Assembly: GCA_951406725.2 (NCBI GenBank)
Contig: OX597826.1
Span: 56,606,001 to 56,670,000, forward strand
Source: Octopus vulgaris
Lineage: Eukaryota
Direction: 5' to 3'
DNA length: 64,000 bases
In this document: one piece after another, positions 1 through 10,811 of the stretch
Position numbering within the stretch: the first letter of the stretch is position 1
Layout: every line of letters begins with the position of its first letter
Program-made: the position numbers and the translations under genes
The notes under the pieces: model-generated
What the model was told of the DNA's origin: nothing
Seen by the model: the letters and a program-made list of their open reading frames with translations, nothing else
Database searches by the model: none

Positions 1-1284
1 GAAAGGATGAAAAGAAAGAAAGATTTATTTTTTTGTATATTTCTTTTTACTTTATCTCATTTGTTTATTTAGAAGACATTAATTTACTTCTCATTAATTG
101 TTATTGAGTAAAATCTGTTGTGGTTGTAGTACTAATAGTAATGGTTAAGAAGAATAAGAAGAATGAGAAGGAGGAGGTGGTTGTGGCACCAGTGGTGATG
201 ACAAAGAAGGCACTGTACTAGTGCACGTTGTAACTTCCATGTTCTTACAATTTTTCGGCCAATTTTTCCATTGAATGTTGAAGCCAGTAGGGAAGAAGTA
301 GTTTAGGAGAAAGAAAGTTTGGATCTTTTGGGGATAAAAATGAAGAAATAAAGGAACAATAAACTGGAATGTGCCATAAGATACTTCGAGTAATAAAACT
401 TTGGTCTGTCTCTGGCTAGCTTTTTTCTTTTTTTTTTATAATCATGTGTTTATTTTGTAAGTTTTGTTCTTTAAATTTAATTTCATTTCAGTTATCCAGC
501 CTTCCCCCAACAATAAATAAATTTTCGTATGAGAGGCAGAATGACTAGAGATAAATTTGTTTATATCACCAATGCTTGTCAAGCCATGGATCTTCAGAGG
601 AAGGAAGGGAATGTTAGAGAACTGGAAAGCAAACTAACCAGATTACAAGTCATTTCTTCTGCTATTTCTTGAGAGAGGAAACAGGGTTTGGGAAGAAGGA
701 GGGAGGGTTGGGAAATGAGAGGTGGAAGCCCTCCCATTCCTTCCATCAGAGGGGAAAGAAGAGAGTCAGAGAAAAAGAAGAGAGTCGGTGGTAGTGGGGT
801 CAGCAGAACATGTTGCTGGACCTTCCTTTGTTTCATTTGGTTTTAAGACTTCCACAGCACATTGCATGTATGTGCCTATCTATACATGCGTGTAGCAATG
901 GCGTGTGAAGGGGGAAGAAGCCAGGAGGGGAGAGTTAATTGAACATGTTCAGCAACACTAATGAAACCCTATAAAATAAATGCTCCTCCTACTCGCCTAC
1001 CCCAGAGGGAATAATAAAATGTCTAGGCACATTTACTGTGCCCAGACACACATGCCCCTCTAGCCTGCCCCACCAACTACCCTGTAGGGAGCTGGCAGAG
1101 AAGAAAGAAAAAAAGCACTCAGAAGTTTTTAGAAGTCCACTCACAGTGCACGTGCATTTATGTGTAGTGCAGATGTGCATGTGTCTGTGGGTGGGTGTGG
1201 GTTATATTAAGAGAACACAAGGAGAGAAATGCTTAACAATACTGATAAAAAAAACCCCACTTTTCTATGCACATATGCACAAAG

Positions 1285-1475
1285 GGAAGCTTCTAAATGG
1301 TTAGTTGATCTGCTAGAAATAGCAGCCAAATTTCCCTTATATCACCTTATAGCATCTTAGAAAAGGTGATGACATAGAATGTGCATGAGAAAACGAAAAG
1401 TCTATACATGGCTAGACTGGGTTTTGATTATAGGCCTGTCTGCTTTGTTAGGGTTAACCCGGGGCTAATCAACAT
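1285..1475 (+). repeat. Old dispersed repeat, family D (unclassified, probably SINE or LINE tail)
   Basis: Motifs 'ctgctagaaatagcagccaaat' and 'ggggctaatcaaca' recur in degenerate form at more than 10 loci in the window. Confidence 0.6.
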
Positions 1476-1644
1476 TTTAATAATTCAAGACTTATTATTA
1501 TAGAATTTTCAGATTCTTGACTTGCAGTTTGCTCCTCCCCAACATTATTGCTGTTGCTGTTGTTATTAATTATCATTATTATTATTATTATTATTAGCAT
1601 CATCATCATCTACACAGCAGCAGCAGCATGATATCAGACGAAAT

Positions 1645-1865
1645 GGTGGAAGATTGGCAGAAAGTGTAAAGTATCAGATAAAAATGCCTTGTATTTAGTT
1701 GTCCTTTCGGTTCTGATTTCAAAATCTTGTCAAGATCAACTCTGCATTTTATCCTCGAAAGGAGAATCAGTAATTTGGGTACTGGTCTAGAGGTTAATTT
1801 AATTAGTGGCTTCTATCCCCACCCTACCCCGAACAGTGTTGTTCTACCTATATTAGAAATTAAAA
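1645..1865 (+). mobile_element. Degenerate tRNA-derived SINE, family B
   Basis: 'ttggcagaaag...ttctgatttcaaaatc...gatcaactctgcattttatcct' aligns with the younger copies at 18699 and 53791. Confidence 0.55.
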
Positions 1866-1871
1866 TTATTA

Positions 1872-2485
1872 TGATGGCAGAATTGTTAGAACATTGGACA
1901 TAATGCTTAGTGGTTTTACATTCTGGGTTCAAATTCTGCAGAAGTTGACTTTGCCTTTAATCCTTTAGGGCATGCATAGGCAACATGTGGCCCATGGGCC
2001 GCATGTGGCCCTTGACGAGTTTCTAGGTTACTAATTTGCAGCATAACCTAAGAGTGGCTGTATCTCAATTCCTACCTAATATTGAAAATATGGAAAAGAA
2101 TGAATGTGCAAAAATCTCATTGATACAGACAATGAAATTTGTTCTTTAATAAAAAAAAAATCAATCAATTTTCTTTTCTTTTTACCTCAATATTTTAAAC
2201 TATAGTGAAAGAGAAGCCAGCTTAATGTAAACTTTCATACTAAGACAAATATAATTAAGAACTGCAAAAAAGTCAGTGTAAAGTGGGCAAGTAATATTTC
2301 ATGTATATGTGTTTTATCAAACAACCCTCTCCCACTCAGAAATGGTATGATGCAAAGTTGCTCATCCCTGCTTTAGGTGGTCGATAAAATAAGTGCTAGT
2401 TAAACACTGGGGTTGATGAAATCAACTAGCCCCTCACCCAAAATTTCAGGCCTAGGGCCTACAGTAGAAAGAATTATTATTATTA
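1872..2485 (+). mobile_element. SINE family B copy interrupted by a hAT MITE
   Basis: 5' half 'ggcagaattgttag...gggttcaaattctgc...gttgactttgcctttaatcctttaggg'; 3' half resumes at 2371 'ctttaggtggtcgataaaataagtgc...ctggggttgat' and ends in an (ATT)n tail. Confidence 0.75.
1971..2370. mobile_element. Non-autonomous hAT (Charlie-like) DNA transposon / MITE
   Basis: Ends catgcataggcaac and gttgctcatccctg (reverse complement cagggatgagcaac, 10/14 match). Subterminal 'gtggcccatgggccgcatgtggccc' motif. 8-bp TSD ctttaggg (1963-1970) / ctttaggt (2371-2378). Confidence 0.75.
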
Positions 2486-2489
2486 TGCT

Positions 2490-2665
2490 TTGGTAGAATT
2501 GTTAGAGCATTCAGAAAACAATACCTTATGGCATTTGTTCCATCTCTCTAAGCTCTGAGCTTAAATCCTTCCAAAATTAACTTTACCATTCCACTTTTTG
2601 GGACTGATAAAATTAAGCATCAATTAACTCCTCCCCTCAAAATTCAGAAACCATTATTATTATTG
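2490..2665 (+). mobile_element. Degenerate SINE family B copy, third in a head-to-tail run
   Basis: 'tggtagaattgttagagcat...tctgagcttaaatcc...aactttaccattccactttttgggactgataaaattaag' followed by an (ATT)n tail. Confidence 0.55.
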
Positions 2666-3198
2666 TCATCATTATTATTGACTGACATCAAATTTCTCCC
2701 CACCATGCCCCAAAATGGCATCCCTCTCCAAAGAGAGATAAGGAGTAAGAAATATATATACTCTGGTAATCTTACAGTATTTAGATATAAAGAAATATAT
2801 TCAAGCATATATACACAAATAGCGAAAAGCAAAGTTAAATTAGTGATGAATATTAGTCTAGTTTAGAATACAATGGATGGCAGATAAAATACCTTGTGGT
2901 ATTTAACTGCATCATTGCATGTTCCAAGTTAGAATCCTACCAAAGTAGCCATAGCTTTCTCTCCCTCAGCAAGGTTAAAACTATACACCTTCCTTATAAT
3001 TTGAAGCCTTGTGACATATGTTCAACACACCTCATGTATCCTAGTTTTAGAAAATGCACATCGTGTTTCCCTGAGAAGCAGAAGAAGTGAGTAAAAACAA
3101 AATCTGTCCAACTCATATCAGCAGAGAAAAGCAAATATAAAATGCTGCTGATGATTACACGATGAACGCTACGCGTCAATATTAGCTTAGTGGTATTC

Positions 3199-3274
3199 AG
3201 TTTGTTTAATTAGCAACTTTAATTGCTAATTAAACAAACTAATTATAGTTTAATTAGCAACTTTAATTGCTAAT
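3199..3274. repeat. Perfect 18-bp inverted repeat plus an adjacent 27-bp direct duplication
   Basis: agtttgtttaattagcaa (3199-3216) - ctttaa - ttgctaattaaacaaact (3223-3240). 'gtttaattagcaactttaattgctaat' occurs at 3204-3230 and 3248-3274. Confidence 0.9.
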
Positions 3275-4554
3275 CCACATCTTTTACATAACAGTATGTG
3301 GTATAATTTTTAGTTTGGTATTAATCCTAATTTAATATCTAACACATATCCTCCGTATCACACAATAGGCTCCAGTTTCAAGATTTGTTTCTCTCCTTCA
3401 TCTTTAAACCTGTTAACTCCCCGTTCTTCCTTCCTCTTCTATATTACAACGTAGGGAGAGAGCTGGTAATGCATAATGCAATGTTTAACAACATAATACT
3501 GTCATGTCTAGTCATTAGTAAAACATTCAGCTAAAGCCAAGTATTAATTTCTACATGTTCCGATACAACAAAGCCAAAGCAATACAGTCTCAGCTGCAAT
3601 GTTTTGCTTACATTCTTAACCCTTATACTTCAAACGGTCGGTAGTTAAGTAGAGTTTATTGTATATATTATCTCTCTAATTGGAGTAGGTTAAATAAAGA
3701 GCATTGCACAGACATGTGGTGGAATTAAAGCCTTGTTTGATTGCTGGTGCCGTCTGGAGGTTTGAAGTCAGAATTACAAAATGTTTGGTACTCAATCTTC
3801 ATTAAAGACATGTTTTTGTTGGTGTCCTCACAATTCGTTCTTTATGACTCCTATGAAAAAAATATGATTTTCCAATCTTGGCAATGATGGGAAAAAAATT
3901 GCTATGAAATATGTGCATATATGTAAATGTGGGAGTGTATGTGTGTGGGGGTAATATAGGAAAAGAGAACTAGTATGAACATTAATCTTAATAGAGTTCC
4001 TGTGTTATTGAAAGACAATATACATTTACAATAAACAAAAAAAGAGTGTGTGAAAGGTAACAATATATGTATATATATATATTTGCATGTGTGTGTCCAC
4101 AATATTGTATGTATGTATGTATGTATAAGGAAGGGGAGAGGGAGGGGGAGAGAGAGAGAGGGAGTTCTAAGAGGTGGTGGGTGAGCTAACACAATGAATA
4201 GACAATAAAGAGTCGGACCAAGAACTAGATTCCCAGACAGAGTGAAAACAAAAGATTACGAACAACAACAATACTAACTAAGAAATCCTTAAACCCAACC
4301 TCCCCCCCGACACCAACACCATCACCACCTAAAGAGAAAAAAAATCAAAAACAAAAACAAAAAAAAAACAGCATAAAAGAAAGCAGGAAAAAAAAGAGAG
4401 CAGACAGTAATAAAAAAGAGAACAACGACGACAACAACAACAGCTAAAATAGTATTAGTGAATCAGTATTGGTAGACAGTTATGTGAGTGTTATGGAGAA
4501 GAAGGTGTTGTGTGAAGTTCAGAAGGTCTGATAGCCTGGAGATCAGTTTAATTA

Positions 4555-4557
<3 letters not shown>

Positions 4558-4606
<49 letters not shown>
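4558..4606. repeat. (GA)n microsatellite, one example of very many (GA)n, (CA)n, (TA)n, (ATC)n and (AAT)n tracts
   Basis: Seen directly in the sequence. Confidence 0.95.
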
Positions 4607-4609
<3 letters not shown>

Positions 4610-4761
4610 GGACTGTTCTGTTATCCTCAAGATATTACAGACAGATTTTCTAGGATTCTGTCCTCCACCCTCCTCGACACAATATTACCAATAAGAATTA
4701 CTGTTGCTATAATGTCTTCTCTCTGTAATTAGATGTCTCAGAGGCAGGAAAGAAAAGACTG

Positions 4762-4799
<38 letters not shown>

Positions 4800-5087
4800 G
4801 TGTGTGAACATACAAGAGCATGAGTGTCTGACAGTTTGTATGTGTACATGGGTATAGATATCACAGAGAGAAGCTATGCCTACGAATGAGAGGAGCAGGA
4901 GAAAACGTGATAGATAGAGAGGTAGATCTTATATGTGAGTGTATATGTATATATGCATATAAATGATACAACAGTGCATGTGCTAAGGAGAGAGAGGGAG
5001 GGGGAGGGAGAACTGCATACATAAATATGTGCATATGAGAGAAAAAGTTTATGTCTATGTAGTTAAAGTACAAGCAGAAACAGTTAC

Positions 5088-5130
<43 letters not shown>

Positions 5131-5190
5131 TGAGAAAGTTGGTGGGTATATATATACACACACATATACAAACATGTATATACACATAAA

Positions 5191-5268
<78 letters not shown>

Positions 5269-5291
5269 TATTTATATATAGACACATGCAT

Positions 5292-5623
5292 ATATGGGTA
5301 TAGGACGTCACCAAGACAGTAGAGACATACATACAAAGAAACCAAAAATAACAAATATGCAGGGTCATTAGACCAGAAATATATATATTCAAGAGTAAGT
5401 ACATAAATGTGAAACAAGGTGGGAAAGATAGTACTCGAATACTAAAGGCAGAGTAATATGCTTTACTATTAAAGTTGCAAAAACATCACATTCCTGCCCA
5501 TTGGAAAGTTATATATTTTCTGCATTTTTTCTATCTGATGAATGGGAATGTGAAACTCTGAGTAGCAGTTTTTTGTGATATTTTTGAGATGTTTTTGCAG
5601 ATTTAACAATAAAGTACATGTAT

Positions 5624-5630
<7 letters not shown>
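5292..5630. mobile_element. Penelope-like element remnant with inverted pseudo-LTR arms
   Basis: 5451-5490 'gagtaatatgctttactattaaagttgcaaaaacatcaca' is an imperfect inverted copy of about 5585-5626. It contains a minimal hammerhead motif and is flanked by (TA)n. The class assignment is inferred from this architecture. Confidence 0.55.
5531..5568 (+). ncRNA. Minimal type I hammerhead ribozyme motif (degenerate)
   Basis: CTAT-CTGATGA-ATG(GGAA)TGT-GAAA-CTC-T-GAG-TA-GCAG. The CUGAUGA and GAAA core is intact, stem III is quasi-palindromic, the cleavage triplet is GUA, and stem I is imperfect. Confidence 0.6.
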
Positions 5631-5675
<45 letters not shown>

Positions 5676-6884
5676 CATGAAAATGAGGAATATATCTTCA
5701 TATAAGGGAGATATGTAATAATGTAATAGATATAGTGCAGTGAGTGCTATGCATACAGTAGAAACTTGATCCAAGTTACACTAAATAAATTAGCATTAGT
5801 TTATTGGTTAAAAGCTTTTTGTAGTCAATAACAGCACAGCATTGTGGGTAATACAACTAAGACTGCTTCACAGCATCTATATTTTGAGTAACAAGATGCA
5901 AGGATATTGCATGATGGGTAAGAAGGATCATGGCTGCTGTCATGTGGATAGTAGATCCAGTAGATACTGCATTGAGGTTTGTAAAAACTAAAAATATTAA
6001 AGAATGGGTAATGAAACTCCCACAGTATGGGAGATAACAGAGTCAGTGTACACTATAGTGTCAGTAAATGCAAACTTTTTGAAGGATGGGTGAACAAAGT
6101 TAGATAGGTAAAGAAAAGAGAAGAATTGATCTAAGTTTTATAATTATTTGTCTCACATGATGATGTACAAATGTTTCACTTACTCTCTCATCCCACCAGT
6201 AACATTACTGCTGCATTTCAACTGCCACGGGGCACGTGCTTTCTTGGCTTACTAATTACATATACATATATGAATTTGAGTATATATGAATTTGGAGACA
6301 CACACACATACACTCATAGACACACAGCTACTCTAACAGCAACTGTTATAGAAAGAGAGCTGTTGAATGGCAGGAAGGCTAGAAGTGAGACGCTGGCAAA
6401 TAGAAATCACAAATGTATATGAGAGGAAAAGTGCAAAAGAGAGGTGTGAGAGGGGGAGAGAAAGAGTAAAGGAATGATGTACAAGATAAAGTAGGAGGAG
6501 TGGAAGGTAATGAGGAAGTGACGGCAGGGAAGGGGGATAAGAGAATATGTTCGACTGATATTAAACATAGATGAAGAATGAAATAAATTTTTAAATATTA
6601 AAAAGAAAAATGCAGAAAATATATATATATATAAAAAAGTAAATGAAAAATATATAAATATGAATTACGAAAAAAATAATCCCCCACAAGATCTAAATTA
6701 AAGCAGGAAGTGAAAATTGTTAATGTAATGGATCAGTGAAAGTCTAAAACATTTGGTATTCTAAAGGCACACTAAATCAAACAGAAGGACTTACCGTCAA
6801 TGCTTGTCTACGGAAATTACAAGATATTGCAGAGATCAAAGACATCTCGTTTAGTTTTCAATACAGTAAAGAAACCATTTAGAG

Positions 6885-6894
6885 CGCCATTTTG
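6885..6894 (-). promoter_or_regulatory. YY1 consensus site (CAAAATGGCG) upstream of a candidate donor at 6794
   Basis: cgccattttg on the plus strand matches the YY1 core CGCCATNTT. Function is untested. Confidence 0.3.
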
Positions 6895-7916
6895 CTTTTC
6901 TCTCTACAGCAGAATGGGAATGCTAATATCTATCAAATAATTTCTAAGAAATTTATAGAAAAGAGGACAGAGAAAAAGAGAGAGGGGGTGGCAGAGAGAG
7001 AGAGAGGGGGGGACAGACTGAGACAAAGAGTGAAAACGAGAAGGTGGGTGGTTGTAGGGGTTGTAGTAGTTGTAGGTGAGGTTGTGGTGGTGGTGTTGTT
7101 TGTGTGAAGTGGAGGGTAATACAATCCTGTATACATAATAGCTATGTAATTCAAACATTTTTCAATATGGTTGCTGTCTTTTTCTCTCTGTGTATACATG
7201 TATGTGTGTGTGTGTTTGTATTTTTTCTCCTTTACTTTTTAATAAATAGTTAAATTTAAAAGTAATAATAATAATAATAATAATTCATCAATAAAAAAAA
7301 TCAAAAAGAAGAAGAAAGTAATACTACTGCAACTACTACTACTAATAATAATAATAAGTTAATTTTTCCTGAATTTTCTGCTGGGTTGAACAAAAATATT
7401 TATCCTTTAATGCTAATAAATTTCAACAGCAATATCAATTCTGGGATGTTTTCCATTAAACAACAAAAATCAAAAAGGAAAGAAAGAAAAAAAAGATAAA
7501 TAACAAAAGGAAGAAGAAATAAAAAAAAACATGTAAAGAATCCAGTAAATTCTATGAAATTTATTGTGCTACTACTGTCTTTTTCATTCAATGTCTTGGT
7601 CCTTCATTACCACATACATACATACATACATACATACATACTTACATACATACTTACATGTTTGTGTATGCATACATATACAAATGTATATATACATATA
7701 TACATACATGTATGCATATACATCTATATATACATATATATATGTATATATACACACATGTATATATACATATATATATATAAATATACACACATGTATA
7801 TATACATATATATACACATACACATGTATATATACATATATATATGCACACAAATGTACATATACATTATACACACACATATACATATGCATATACATAC
7901 AGATATATGCATACAC

Positions 7917-7951
<35 letters not shown>

Positions 7952-8086
7952 CCTATATGAATACATATGTATACATACAAACAGATGCATATATGCATAC
8001 ACATATATATACACACACATTATGCATATATGCATGCACATTTACATACACCACACCCACCCACTCTCTCACTGTCTCTCTATATA

Positions 8087-8117
<31 letters not shown>

Positions 8118-8142
8118 GTGTATATATGTGTGTGTGTATATA

Positions 8143-8177
<35 letters not shown>

Positions 8178-8451
8178 GAATGGTTGTTTCTGAATGCACA
8201 TGTGCCTGTGTAGGCATGCAAGCGTGGGACTATAAAACTCATAAATTGTTTACTTAGATTTTTTTCCCCCCCTTTTTTTCATAATTTTTTTTTTCTATAT
8301 AAATTTCAACTTCTGTTGAAGATCGAAGTGTGGAGAGTAAAACTGCTGGAGTGTAAGTGGTTTATAAATAAATTTTACTGATAGAATTAATATATAGCAT
8401 CAGAGAAGCCAGGCCATAGAGACTACAGGAATAATACTCATACGAATATTC

Positions 8452-8486
<35 letters not shown>

Positions 8487-9019
8487 TTCACACATTTATA
8501 TACACACACACGTATACATTAAATATAACTAATGTAAAGTACTGAGACAGTGATATCTGGATAAATAATGACTAAGTTTACGTACGTATGTTCAATAAAT
8601 ATACATCGAGTTTGGTGGTTTAAAGAGACTATTTATTAAACATACATGTGAACCGACAATTTATACATTTGTATATGCGTGTACACACACACGCACATAT
8701 ATATACATAAACACACATGTATATATTTATTTATGCAAGTTTATATATACATACTATATGCATACATATATACACTAATTCTCTGTCAAGTTTGACACTG
8801 TAGACTCAGTTGTTTGGTCAACTTGACTATCATTTCAAATAAGTGGCTGAATATTCAACAGACACATGTACCCTTATTCTAATTCTCAGATGGAGTCAGC
8901 ATGACACAGTGTACCAAAGCTGGAAATTTGAATCATGAGTACAGTCTATCTAACCATCATCCAAACAGTTTCTATCAACCTATTTTCAATCGCAAGGTTT
9001 GTATTGGCTCTAGTTTATC

Positions 9020-9392
9020 TTACAAACAATAACTCTGAGCACCTTTTCAAACTCCACCCGTCTAACACCCGTGGACATATTTACAAAGTCAGAAAGCAGC
9101 ACAGCTCCCATGACTTTAGGAAACATTTTTCCACACTGAGAGTTGCTGAAGCATGGAACAAACTGCCGGCATCGGTTGTTAGTTGTTGGAACACTGCATC
9201 CTTCAAAACTTCCATGCTTTCTGAGATTCGCCAACACTACACCTGATTTCCTCCCCTCTATGCACACACAAGCATGTATCTGACTCGTACATTGTTCACT
9301 TTCCAGACATTTGTACATTACTGCATACACTTTATATGCACTTTCTGACAAGTTGTGGTGCACCTGAGCACTGTATACAATAATTTTATTAT
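9020..9392 (+). mobile_element. 5'-truncated CR1/L2-clade LINE (ORF2 C-terminus plus 3' UTR)
   Basis: ORF 8935-9246 ends ...SNTRGHIYKVRKQHSSHDFRKHFSTLRVAEAWNKLPASVVSCWNTASFK..., the TRGH / R-V-x3-WN-x-LP-x2-VV / FK motif typical of CR1-type ORF2 ends. Confidence 0.85.
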
Positions 9393-9401
9393 AAATATAA
9401 T

Positions 9402-9495
9402 ATCACTTGCTCAAGATACTTGCACAGTAGGATTGAACCTGAGACCACATATTTGCAAAGTGAGATTCTTAACCAGTCAACAATGCTGTGGCCAT
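9402..9495 (-). mobile_element. Old tRNA-derived SINE head; its body probably continues at about 8810-9010 on the other side of the LINE
   Basis: Reverse complement 'ggttaagaatctcac...gtggtctcaggttcaatcctactg...cttgagcaagtga' shows A/B-box-like and CORE-like segments. Confidence 0.5.
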
Positions 9496-10041
9496 ATATA
9501 TGAACATATCAATTTATATGCAATTATAGGTAAACATAATTCACTCAATTGTTTAAAAGGTAATTTGAACATGTTAGGGTCAGTTGGATATGGATGTATT
9601 TGAAGCAGGATTTTAACAGATGGATGCTTGTCCTATTGTCAACATTTACCTGTTTCTCAAGTAAGAGATACTTTAGCTTGCAAGTCTTTGATAGTGCAGA
9701 GCAATTGGCCACAATGTCAACAAGGAGTGTAAACATCAGTCACTACTTTGTACAAGTGAAGACAAAAGTTTCTGTAGATGGATGCCTTTTCTAATACCAG
9801 CAACTGTACAGAGTGTACTGGGTGCATTTTCCCTAGGTGTCTCCTCTAGTGAGGTTATTCACATATAAAATGTCACACAAAGAAGAAAGAATGGGGGAAA
9901 TGAAAGTTGGAAAGTAAAGTGCTGGATTAAATATCTAGCAGGATTGAATTTCAACTGTTTATTCTTTGTGCTTAAATACTACAAAGACTTATACAAATAA
10001 TTTTAGTACCATGATTTGTTGAACTTCATTCAAATTGGTAG

Positions 10042-10298
10042 CTTCAAAGAAACTCCCAAATAGTTGTTTTCTAAATAAAGTTTTTCGTTAAACATAGTTT
10101 ATGGCATAAGGTGCACCTACAGAACAAGGTTTTTCTGGTAAGAGAGAAGAGGCAGATTCTAAATTTTGACAGACAGTAGCTTCTTAGTTCCTATAAAAAT
10201 ATTGGCAGACCACTTCAGAGAAACTCCCAAAAAGTTGCTTTCTAAATAAAGTTTTTACTTAACCATAGTTTACGGCATAAGGTGCACCCACAGAACAA
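10042..10298. repeat. Pair of ~87-bp direct repeats about 171 bp apart
   Basis: 'cttca(a/g)agaaactcccaaa..gttg..ttctaaataaagttttt...catagttta(t/c)ggcataaggtgcacc..cagaacaa' at about 10042-10128 and 10213-10298. Confidence 0.85.
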
Positions 10299-10811
10299 CT
10301 TAAGCTTCTAATCTATCATAAGATTATCTTAGATTTGCATTTATTCTTATTCTTACTGTGTATATTCTTATTCTTATTCTTACCATGGCACCTATTGCAA
10401 TGAACTTAACTTTCCTTCTTATCAACAATGGGGAAAATATGTTGGCTACGTTAACCCTCATCCACATCATGTTTACTTCCATCTGTTCTTCAGAGCTTAA
10501 ATCTTTAGATTTACCCATCCACTGCTCAGCCACTATCTTAAAATTCCACCACATACACACTAACAACTAGATTATGATGTAACAGCAGTTTACGAAAGGG
10601 ATAAACGAACCGTAGGCTAATCACTAGGGGCTCATCCTTCATTTGCTGTGCAACATTCAAAAAGAAGACAGAAAATAGGATTACAGAGAATACCAAAAGA
10701 TATTTCGAGATTTGCTCTCATCGTCATCTTCAATAGTAGCACCTTGAAGGAGGTGTTACACTAATCCCTTACTGACTGTGTCTGAGAAATACAAAAGTTG
10801 GTGCAACTTAC

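Noticed and set aside
3148-3180. CTGATGA...ACGC-TAC-GCGT hairpin as another hammerhead
   Set aside because: No GAAA after the stem and no stem III.
7554-8213. 219-aa ORF, and the many other Y/I/H/T/C/V-rich ORFs (e.g. 23853-24617, 48187-48898, 49127-49741)
   Set aside because: Translations of (TA)n/(CA)n microsatellites, open in several frames and on both strands; not coding.
10042-10298. CRISPR-like repeat-spacer arrangement
   Set aside because: Only two long units in eukaryotic intronic DNA, with no cas genes or prokaryotic features anywhere in the window.
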